From assembly GCA_965204885.1 (NCBI GenBank), contig OZ242019.1, positions 1,514,053 to 1,578,052 of the forward strand: a DNA stretch of 64,000 bases. Reading direction: 5' to 3'. The stretch is from Dehalococcoidia bacterium (lineage in GTDB: Bacteria > Chloroflexota > Dehalococcoidia > UBA6926). Positions 57,116 to 64,000 of the stretch are shown piece by piece (position 1 is the stretch's first letter; each line of letters opens with the position of its first letter). The notes under the pieces were generated by a model that saw only the letters and a program-made list of their open reading frames with translations, was not told the origin of the DNA and made no database searches. The position numbers were made by a program, and so were the translations under genes.

Positions 57116-57778
57116 ATGGCGATTAACAATCAACCAGTCGAATCGACCGAAGCGGAACGCTCCGGCCGGTCAGGCGGGCGCGTGTTCATTGGAATCGCCG
57201 CGATCGTGTTGGTCGTCGGACTGAGCATCGGCGGAGCGTTTGGAGTTGGCATGCAGATCGGGCGTGGACAAGTGGAAACAGAAGAAGAGATTCCGCAATT
57301 GGCCATCACGGCGGAGGAGCCTGCCACGCAAGAAACCTCGCCCGGCCAGTTCGTCACAACCGGCCCGGGCGGCGATATTCCCCCTGCCGCCATTGAGCGA
57401 ATGCGGGCTGAAGGCGCGTCGGAAGAAGATATTGCCGCTATCCGTGCCCAATTTGCACAGTTCCAGGGCGCCGCTCAGCAGGGTTTCCGGCAGAATCGCG
57501 CTGGTTTTGCGGTTGGAACTGGCGATGCGGATAGCGGGGAAATCGGGACGCGCATGAACGGAACCATTGAGTCCATAGACAGGAACACTATTACGGTGAT
57601 GACACCAACGGGATTGCAGCGCATATCGACGATTGCCGGAACGCGAATCACCGTCACCCAGCCGGGTGAGATTGATGATCTGGGTATTGGTGACCGGGTC
57701 ACGGTCGCCGTTGTCCCCGGCCCCGAGCAAGACGTGTTGGAGGCTGCGAGCATCACCGCTGTTTCCATCGAAGAATAG
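57116..57778 (+). CDS. Hypothetical membrane-anchored secreted protein, co-oriented with the efflux genes
   Basis: N-terminal TM 'VFIGIAAIVLVVGLSIGGAF'; low-complexity region followed by a beta-rich C-terminus. No motif recognised. Confidence 0.5.
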   Translation: MAINNQPVESTEAERSGRSGGRVFIGIAAIVLVVGLSIGGAFGVGMQIGRGQVETEEEIPQLAITAEEPATQETSPGQFVTTGPGGDIPPAAIERMRAEGASEEDIAAIRAQFAQFQGAAQQGFRQNRAGFAVGTGDADSGEIGTRMNGTIESIDRNTITVMTPTGLQRISTIAGTRITVTQPGEIDDLGIGDRVTVAVVPGPEQDVLEAASITAVSIEE

Positions 57779-57802
57779 GCGACATGCAATAATAGAGACG
57801 CT

Positions 57803-58924
57803 ATGACAGCACAGCGCACGCGCCTTTCTGTTCCACTTCTTGACCGACTCGTGCCTCGCTACCGGGACATGAAACCGTATGAGCCTGTCGCGCCGCCTGA
57901 GCGTCTGCAAGCGGAGAGCGACGCAGGTGAAGAGGGAATCGTCCGGCTGAACGCAAATGAGAATCCCTATGGCCCGCCCCCCCGCGTCCGGGCACTCATC
58001 GAATCTTTCGACGCCGCCAACATCTACCCGGATCCGGACCATGCTGCGCTGCGAGCCTGCCTTGCGGAATACACGGGTTTTGATGCTGAGCGCATCGTCG
58101 CGGGGTCGGGCAGCGACGAGCTGATTGCTCTGTTGGCGCGGCTATTCGTGGGACCGGATGACACTATCGTCGCTGCAACGCCGACCTTTGGCATGTACGC
58201 GGTCGAGACCGACCTTGCCGGCGCTCGCTTTGTTGGTGTGCCGCGCAGTCAGGGTGATTTCTCCATTGATCTGCCCAGTCTTGTGGACGCGGCGCGTGAG
58301 GCGGCGATCGTGTTTTTCTCGACGCCGAACAACCCGACCGGCAATAGTGTCTCCGAGAAAGAGATTCGCGCCGTCGCCGAGACTGAGGTCCTCACGATTG
58401 TTGATGAGGCCTATGCCGAGTTCTCCGGAAAGTCACTCATGCACTTGGTGGATGAGTATCCCAACGTCATCTTCCTGCGAACATTCAGCAAGTGGGCCGG
58501 GCTCGCGGGATTGCGCGTCGGCTATGGCATCTTCCCCGCCGATCTCGCCGGAATCCTCATGACGGTCAAGCCGCCATACAACGTCAATACGTTGGCGCAG
58601 GCGGCGGCCATCGCTGCTATCGAAGACCTGGATAACGCATTGGCAACGGTGAACCTCATCGTGAAAGAGCGCGCCGTCTTGGAAGAGGGCCTCCGATCAC
58701 TGCCTGCCGTGCGCGTATTTCCCTCAGACGCCAATTTCATGCTTGTACGCTTCCTCGAGCACAACGCAAGAGAGTTGCACGCCTCATTGCTGAAACGTGG
58801 CATCGCCCTCCGGCATTTCAACACGCCTGAACTGCGCGATTGTATCCGCATATCTGTCGGCCGACCGCGTGACCATGAGCGTTTGCTTGAAGCCATGCGC
58901 GAGGAAATGGAGGCTCAGAAGTGA
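57803..58924 (+). CDS. hisC: Histidinol-phosphate aminotransferase
   Basis: 'YPDP', 'NPNNPTGN', PLP-Lys region 'RTFSKWAGLAGLRVGY'. Confidence 0.85.
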   Translation: MTAQRTRLSVPLLDRLVPRYRDMKPYEPVAPPERLQAESDAGEEGIVRLNANENPYGPPPRVRALIESFDAANIYPDPDHAALRACLAEYTGFDAERIVAGSGSDELIALLARLFVGPDDTIVAATPTFGMYAVETDLAGARFVGVPRSQGDFSIDLPSLVDAAREAAIVFFSTPNNPTGNSVSEKEIRAVAETEVLTIVDEAYAEFSGKSLMHLVDEYPNVIFLRTFSKWAGLAGLRVGYGIFPADLAGILMTVKPPYNVNTLAQAAAIAAIEDLDNALATVNLIVKERAVLEEGLRSLPAVRVFPSDANFMLVRFLEHNARELHASLLKRGIALRHFNTPELRDCIRISVGRPRDHERLLEAMREEMEAQK

Positions 58925-59538
58925 CAGGGGAGGGAGCGGCTGCGCCCCGCCAGGCCACCGTCCGGCGTGAGACGCGGGAGACTATTGTCGAAGTATCGAT
59001 CAACCTTGATGGACGCGCGCAGCACGATGTGAGCACCGGCTCACTGATGCTCAACCACCTGATAGATCAACTTGGTCGACACAGCGGCTTCGATCTCACG
59101 GTGCGCGCCGAGGGATTGAACGACCCCGACGGCCATCACACGGCGGAAGACACGGGCATCGTGATTGGGCGCGCGCTTGGCGAAGCCCTGGGAGACCGCA
59201 CCGGCATTCGCCGCATGGCGCATGAAACTGTCCCGCTGGATGACGCGTTGATGACATCAGTGGTGGACCTGGGCGGGCGCGGTTACGCGGCCATCGGCCT
59301 GCAGTTCAGCACGGGGATGATCGGCGATCTGCGATCCGAGTTGGTCGGCCACGTATTGGAGTCCATCGCGCGGGAGGGGCGAATAAATCTGCATGTTGTC
59401 CAGCATGCGGGGGTCAATGACCACCACATCGCTGAAGCGACGTTCAAGGCGCTGGCCAAGGCTCTGGATACGGCCACACGGCGCGATGAGCGGTTTACGG
59501 GTATCGCGCCGTCCACCAAGGGCACACTGACAGGTTAG
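58921..59538 (+). CDS. hisB: Imidazoleglycerol-phosphate dehydratase
   Basis: 'RETRETIVEVSINLDG', 'HHTAEDTGI', 'NLHV..GVNDHHIAEA' Mn-binding His motifs. ATGA overlap with hisC. Confidence 0.9.
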   Translation: MTGEGAAAPRQATVRRETRETIVEVSINLDGRAQHDVSTGSLMLNHLIDQLGRHSGFDLTVRAEGLNDPDGHHTAEDTGIVIGRALGEALGDRTGIRRMAHETVPLDDALMTSVVDLGGRGYAAIGLQFSTGMIGDLRSELVGHVLESIAREGRINLHVVQHAGVNDHHIAEATFKALAKALDTATRRDERFTGIAPSTKGTLTG

Positions 59539-59542
59539 AGCT

Positions 59543-59803
59543 TTAGGCGCTCTGCACTACCTCGAACCGGTAGTCCTCAATAACGGGGTTCGCGAGTAGT
59601 TGGCGGCACATCTCCGTCGTCCGGGACTCGGCCTCCTCAAGTGACGGGGCCTCCCCAAGCTGTACCTCAAGGTAACGCCCCGCCCGCACGGCTGAGACGG
59701 AATCGTAACCCAGGTTCCTCAGTCCGCCCAGGATGGACAATCCCTGTGGGTCGACAACACCCGGCTTGGGCGTGACGTAGATGCGAGCCAGATAGTTCGG
59801 CAT
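59543..59803 (-). CDS. purS: Phosphoribosylformylglycinamidine synthase subunit PurS
   Basis: 86 aa: 'MPNYLARIYVTPKPGVVDPQG...MCRQLLANPVIEDYRFEV' matches the PurS pattern. The ORF-track N-terminal extension is rejected. Confidence 0.8.
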   Translation of the reverse strand: MPNYLARIYVTPKPGVVDPQGLSILGGLRNLGYDSVSAVRAGRYLEVQLGEAPSLEEAESRTTEMCRQLLANPVIEDYRFEVVQSA

Positions 59804-60050
59804 TCCGCTCAGTTCTGCGCAGAACCGTCTGCAGTGTTTGAATGCCTGCGGCTGCGCACGCGCTGAACGGCCATGACGCCAAGCGTTCCGGCAAGCGTGC
59901 CAAATATCACCGGCAGGAAGAGCTTGACCGTGATCGGCATCTCGCTGAACTGGGAAACGCCCCACACAGTGTTGACCGCCCCGACGATGGTGTAGAGCAT
60001 GATCGCCGCCGCGCACCCGATAAGAGCGCTCCCCACTACGCGACCTAAGC

Positions 60051-60953
60051 TCACAGCGTGAGTTCCTTTTGAGTCAGCCGTTGGTAAACATCGCGATACT
60101 TGTCGATTGTCTGCTGGACGATCTCGTCCGGCAGCTCCGGCGCGGGCGGCTCGCGATCCCAACCCGATCCCGTCAGCCAATCGCGGATAATCTGCTTGTC
60201 AAAGCTCGGCTGTGACTTGCCGGGCTCATAGATGTTTGCGTCCCAATAGCGGGACGAGTCCGGCGTCAGCAACTCATCGATCACCGAGATTTTGCCGTCG
60301 ATGATGCCGAATTCAAACTTGGTGTCCGCCAGGATCACGCCCATTGCCCTGGCATAGTCGGATGCCATCCGGTACAGCGCGAGGCTGTGCTCCTCAAGCG
60401 GCCATGCGATGTTGCCGCCCACCTGCTTCCACAGCTCGTCGACCGTCAAAGGAAGATCGTGCCCCGTTTCCTCCTTGGTGGTGGGCGTGAAGAGAGGCTC
60501 CTCAAACGCTTGGGAATCAACCATATCTGCAGGCAGCTCATAGCCCTGGACCGTGCCGGACTTCCGGTATTCCACCAACGCGGACCCGGTGATGTACCCG
60601 CGGACGACACATTCGATGTCGATGCGCTCGGCTTTCTTGACAACCATCCCGCGGCGGGCCACGGCCTCATCGAGGTCGCCGAGCTTGTAATGATTGGCCA
60701 CCTCCGGCTCGTACGCCATGCCGATGAAGTGGTTGGGGAACTCATAGCCGGAACGACGGAACCAGAACGCGGAAATCTCGGAGAGAACGATGCCGCGCCC
60801 GGGGACACCCGTCGGCAGTACCACGTCAAAGGCGGAGACCCGATCCGTGGCGACCAGAAGCAGCGTTTCGTCGCCCAGGTCATACGTATCGCGGACCTTG
60901 CCGCGATGGATCATGGGGAAGTTGAGTTGGGTTTCAGTCAGGGCGTCCGTCAT
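60051..60953 (-). CDS. purC: SAICAR synthetase (long actinobacterial-type PurC)
   Basis: 'IHRGKVRDTYDLGDETLLLVATDRVSAFDVVLP'. ATG at 60953 chosen; the 57-aa ORF-track extension has no support. Confidence 0.85.
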   Translation of the reverse strand: MTDALTETQLNFPMIHRGKVRDTYDLGDETLLLVATDRVSAFDVVLPTGVPGRGIVLSEISAFWFRRSGYEFPNHFIGMAYEPEVANHYKLGDLDEAVARRGMVVKKAERIDIECVVRGYITGSALVEYRKSGTVQGYELPADMVDSQAFEEPLFTPTTKEETGHDLPLTVDELWKQVGGNIAWPLEEHSLALYRMASDYARAMGVILADTKFEFGIIDGKISVIDELLTPDSSRYWDANIYEPGKSQPSFDKQIIRDWLTGSGWDREPPAPELPDEIVQQTIDKYRDVYQRLTQKELTL

Positions 60954-61104
60954 GGTCTCATTGTAGCGCACGGGATGGGGTTGGCGGGCGATGTTATGTT
61001 GCGTTGTGGCGTAGAATTTAACGAGTGGCAGTGATGGCCGTCGGCCCAGGCCACAGACAGTGATGTAGCGGGGAGAGTTGCCCGGACGGGCAGGAGGCGG
61101 AGAG

Positions 61105-61758
61105 ATGCTATTGACCACATACATCGGGTTGATTGTGAGGCCCGTTCACACACTCCAGCAGATTGTTGCTGACCGGCCGGTAGGGCTGGGCCTGCTGACG
61201 CTGCTGATTGTGGCGATCCTAAACGGAATCGTCTCATTCGGCTTAGGGCTGGACACTGAGCTATTTGAACCATTTAGCGACGAGGAAATCAACATTGGGC
61301 TCGGGTTTATCGTCATTGGAACCCTGTTGTTCGTCGCTTTCGTCGCAGTTGAGCGGGGCTTCTTCTCCCTGATCGTGCATCTCATCTCGAAACTGTTTGG
61401 CGGCGACGGGGCGTACACCGGAATGTTGGCAGGCTTGATGATGCTCTCTATCCTGAGCCTGATTCCGCTTGTGCCGTCACTGCTTGATGTGTTGGTCACC
61501 GGAATCGGCGAGGCGGCGGAAGGAGAATCGTCGCCGTTCGAGGCGATCGCCGCGGTGGTCAGCCTTGTGGTGTTCGTCTGGACAATCGTGCTGGCTATTC
61601 TCCTCATCCGCGAGAACTATCGACTGAGCACAGGGATGGCCGTTTTGAGCGGCATCGCATCTTTCTTCGCCGCAATTGTCGTCGGCGTCATCCTGTTCAT
61701 CCTGCTGCTCATCGTTCTCGTTGCCATCATCGTGGGGCTTGGGCTCGCCACGGGTTAG
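61105..61758 (+). CDS. Yip1-domain membrane protein, paralogue A
   Basis: 5-TM Yip1-like topology, 'LLIRENYRLSTG' block. ATG with AGGAGG 7 nt upstream (the ORF-track TTG at 61078 is unlikely). Confidence 0.65.
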   Translation: MLLTTYIGLIVRPVHTLQQIVADRPVGLGLLTLLIVAILNGIVSFGLGLDTELFEPFSDEEINIGLGFIVIGTLLFVAFVAVERGFFSLIVHLISKLFGGDGAYTGMLAGLMMLSILSLIPLVPSLLDVLVTGIGEAAEGESSPFEAIAAVVSLVVFVWTIVLAILLIRENYRLSTGMAVLSGIASFFAAIVVGVILFILLLIVLVAIIVGLGLATG

Positions 61759-61863
61759 CAGGCCTAACAAGATTCGTGACATTGATTCGGGCGTTCACCG
61801 GCTAGCCGGTGAACGCCCTTCTCTTTCCTAAGGAGTAAACTACTCCACTAAGGGATCGATGCT

Positions 61864-62629
61864 ATGAACCAGCCTGATACCGCGCCCCCGAGCGGCCCCC
61901 CCGCCTATCCGTCAGAGTTATTTCTCAAGACGCTCCTACGCTGGTACATCCGCTGGTACATCGGGCTCATCATCCGCCCCTCGCCGACAATCCGGGAGAT
62001 TGTGGAGCGGCGGCCACCTCTCTGGTTTGGGCTGGGGTCTTTGTACTTGGGCATCTTTGTCTCCTTTGTTTGCTTTCTATCGGGCATCACCCTTGCTGAC
62101 GGCGGCATTGACAGCACCGGCTTGGAGGTGGATGTAGCGACGGCAATAATACTAGGGCCGTCAGCGATAATCGGTTACTGTGCTGCTGCCCCGATTCTAC
62201 TAGCTCTTTGGGTACTTGTGATGCACTTGATTGGACGTAGGCTGGAGAGGGCGGGCAGTTACTCGACGTCGTTAGTCACTATGTCCTTGGCCTCAACGGT
62301 CGCGTTCTGCGCCTTCGGTCTGGTAATCATTGGTTTTGGACTTTTCTACTTCAACAGGGGGGGGCTTTGGAGCGATTAATGTGATGATTGTGGCGGCTCT
62401 TTTGAGTGTCCTTGGCGGCCTTATCTGGAGCCACATAGTTGCATTTGTCCTGTTGCGAGAAAACTATGACCTTGGCACAGATGGAGCGACAATTACTGTT
62501 GTTGTCTGCATCATACCTACTCTCGTTCTTGGCCTAATAGCCTTTGTAGGGTGGTTCTGGACATTAGTTGCCGTTGTGCAGATGGTCGTCGCATTGGTAA
62601 ATTCCCCTCTGGAACTCTTTAGGACGTAG
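61864..62629 (+). pseudogene. Yip1-domain paralogue B, interrupted by a +1 frameshift in a G8 homopolymer (62357-62364)
   Basis: Frame-1 ORF 61864-62379 and frame-2 ORF 62330-62629 join into one Yip1-like protein ('...LFYFNRGGFGAINVMIVAALL...LLRENYDLG') if the run is G7. The segment is visibly lower in GC. Confidence 0.55.
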
Positions 62630-62663
62630 GTCTCCCGCTTGTTTGTAGCCGTAGTATGGATTG

Positions 62664-63305
62664 ATGTTTATTGATCCGTCGGCGGAGGGAGATGCCCAAA
62701 GCGTGGGCGTGCCGGGGCCGCAGAAGCGCAAACGGCCCGTGTCGTTCTATCTGCGCGGCATCGTGCGGACGCCGACGTACTCATTTAGTGATATCGCCAT
62801 CGACCAGCCGATACTGCGAGGCACGGCCCTATTGCTTGCCGGCCTGCTTGTGGCGGGCGCGTTGTTCGGCCTCGGCGGTCTGATTGCGGACTACGAGGGC
62901 GTAACGGGAGCGGCCATTGGAGCAGTGGGGTTCGTCCTAAGCGGGTACACCGGATTCCTGTTCTTCATGGCGTTGTTGCACGTCATTGGCAAGGCGTTCG
63001 AGGGCGAGGCGAGCATCGCGGAAGAGCTTGCGGCGATGACATACGCCGCCCTGTCTCTGTGGCTGCTCGTCCCGACCGCGCTGCTGTGGCTGGTTGTAGG
63101 CGACGCGCAGCCGTGGGTGATGACCTTGGGCATCATCCTGACCTCATTGGCCGCTATCCGCCTTACCTACATCGCCATCCGTGAGGCAAATCGATTCGTA
63201 GGCACGCAGGCGATCCTCACGATGTTGATGGTGCCGCTCGGCGCGGGCCTGATAGCCATCGCCACATTCTTCATATTCGCGTTCGGCACGCTGATTCTTG
63301 AGTAG
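62664..63305 (+). CDS. Yip1-domain membrane protein, paralogue C
   Basis: Same topology; 'IREANRFVGTQA' block aligned with the 'RENY' blocks of A and B. Confidence 0.6.
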   Translation: MFIDPSAEGDAQSVGVPGPQKRKRPVSFYLRGIVRTPTYSFSDIAIDQPILRGTALLLAGLLVAGALFGLGGLIADYEGVTGAAIGAVGFVLSGYTGFLFFMALLHVIGKAFEGEASIAEELAAMTYAALSLWLLVPTALLWLVVGDAQPWVMTLGIILTSLAAIRLTYIAIREANRFVGTQAILTMLMVPLGAGLIAIATFFIFAFGTLILE

Positions 63306-63358
63306 TGCGGCAAGAGTAGACCCATCGCGTATACTGTGGGCAGAGGCAGGGAGGCAGC

Positions 63359-63562
63359 ATGACGATACCAAGTGGACTCGAATTGATCTTGATTCTGGCG
63401 ATCATCCTGTTGATATTTGGAGGCGCCAAGCTCCCCGGTCTTGCCCGCTCGATGGGAAGCTCGATTCGGGAATTCCGCAAGGGAGCCGAACTGGAAGAGA
63501 GCAAGCCGTCCGAGGACGCCAAGGAAAGTTCAGAATCGGATTCAACAACCGCGAAGACGTAG
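63359..63562 (+). CDS. tatA: Twin-arginine translocase subunit TatA/E
   Basis: 'LILILAIILLIFGGAKLPGLARSMGSSIREFRKG'; GGGAGG RBS; TATACT -10-like hexamer at 63331-63336. Confidence 0.9.
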   Translation: MTIPSGLELILILAIILLIFGGAKLPGLARSMGSSIREFRKGAELEESKPSEDAKESSESDSTTAKT

Positions 63563-63593
63563 CTTCTCGAGCCACGGTTCAACGCAATTGGAG

Positions 63594-63629
63594 GCGCCGC
63601 CCATCGGGCGGCGTTCTTGTTTTTGTTTG
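63594..63629 (+). terminator. Rho-independent terminator after tatA
   Basis: Stem 'GCGCCGCCC-ATC-GGGCGGCGT' followed by 'TCTTGTTTTTGTTTG'. Confidence 0.75.
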
Positions 63630-63661
63630 CTCCACGGTGTCCTGGCACTAAGGGCGGTAGG

Positions 63662-64000
63662 CTAACCGGACTCTGACCTTCTCCGCTGCCAGGCGGCAAA
63701 TCGGGCCATGAGCAGGCCTATTTCATAGAGCACCCATATCGGGATGCCCCAGATGACCATGTTGATGGGGTCGCCTGTCGGCGTGATGATTGCGGCGGCA
63801 ACGAATGACAGCAGGATTGCCCCCTTGCGCTTTGTCCGCAGGCTCGCCGGGTCGATGATGTCGATGCGGGCGAGCAGGTACATAATCACGGGCAGCTCAA
63901 AGAGCAACCCCATAGCAAAGATGAGCCAGACCGTCGTGCCGACGATGCTGTCAATGCGTATCTGCGGCTCAATATCCTCTCCAAGGAATTGAGGGAGGAT
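63662..64000 (-). CDS. tatC: Twin-arginine translocase subunit TatC, C-terminal part (5' end beyond the window)
   Basis: '...ILLSFVAAAIITPTGDPINM...YEIGLLMARF' is the TatC C-terminal consensus. Convergent with tatA. Confidence 0.7.
   Translation of the reverse strand: MLPQFLGEDIEPQIRIDSIVGTTVWLIFAMGLLFELPVIMYLLARIDIIDPASLRTKRKGAILLSFVAAAIITPTGDPINMVIWGIPIWVLYEIGLLMARFAAWQRRRSESG

Noticed and set aside
59809-60180. Full 123-aa ORF upstream of purS
   Set aside because: Its N-terminal 60 aa overlap the 3' end of purC out of frame. Only the distal 63-aa segment (59809-60000) is considered plausible.
60954-61124. 57-aa N-terminal extension of purC (ORF-track start at 61124)
   Set aside because: The extension is Pro/Arg-rich and not homologous to PurC N-termini. 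The conserved 'IHRGKVRD' block sits at the expected distance from the ATG at 60953.
63744-63992. 82-aa plus-strand ORF at the window end
   Set aside because: It is antisense to the TatC C-terminal coding region, which matches the TatC consensus.

Overview
This 64 kb window is high-GC bacterial chromosome (about 63-65% GC by eye, many GTG/TTG starts). It is densely packed with housekeeping and stress genes on both strands. I found no rRNA, CRISPR array, transposase or integrase.

Main content, in order:
- An ABC exporter with two tandem ~1100-aa FtsX-type permeases and two ATPases.
- A stress neighbourhood: LLM oxidoreductase, MscS, otsB, CBS protein, amidohydrolase, Ada, SodC, an MFS transporter, two alpha/beta hydrolases, otsA, a metallophosphoesterase and a GYD protein.
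- Four tandem crotonase (enoyl-CoA hydratase) paralogues interleaved with an isochorismatase-family hydrolase and punctuated by a REP-like hairpin repeat family built on 'GTCATTCCCGCGAAAGCGGGAATC'.
- tRNA-Gly, glmS, then a low-GC two-gene islet, then uppP, glmU, apt, metF and an epimerase.
- tRNA-Gln and tRNA-Leu, followed by a partner-switching signalling operon (STAS antagonist, REC-PP2C phosphatase, RsbW-like kinase, periplasmic binding protein, HAMP histidine kinase).
- A DUF502 protein, tRNA-Thr, a DUF192 protein, an ORFan, tRNA-Glu.
- A DNA-repair cluster (PHP phosphoesterase, exonuclease-DinG helicase, OGG glycosylase), the CCA-adding enzyme, two redoxins.
- A MacAB-like efflux set (HlyD adaptor, ATPase, FtsX permease), hisC, hisB, purS, purC.
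- Three tandem Yip1-family paralogues (the middle one frameshifted at a G8 tract), tatA, and a partial tatC.

The best candidate for something undescribed is the low-GC islet at about 30.7-32.4 kb. It encodes a protein with a C-terminal HEPN-type Rx4H motif plus a partner of unknown fold. It is bounded by a triple REP hairpin cluster and a G/C hairpin, and sits between glmS and uppP. It looks like a horizontally acquired toxin or abortive-infection module. All functional calls come from motifs read directly in the translations; no database search was run.
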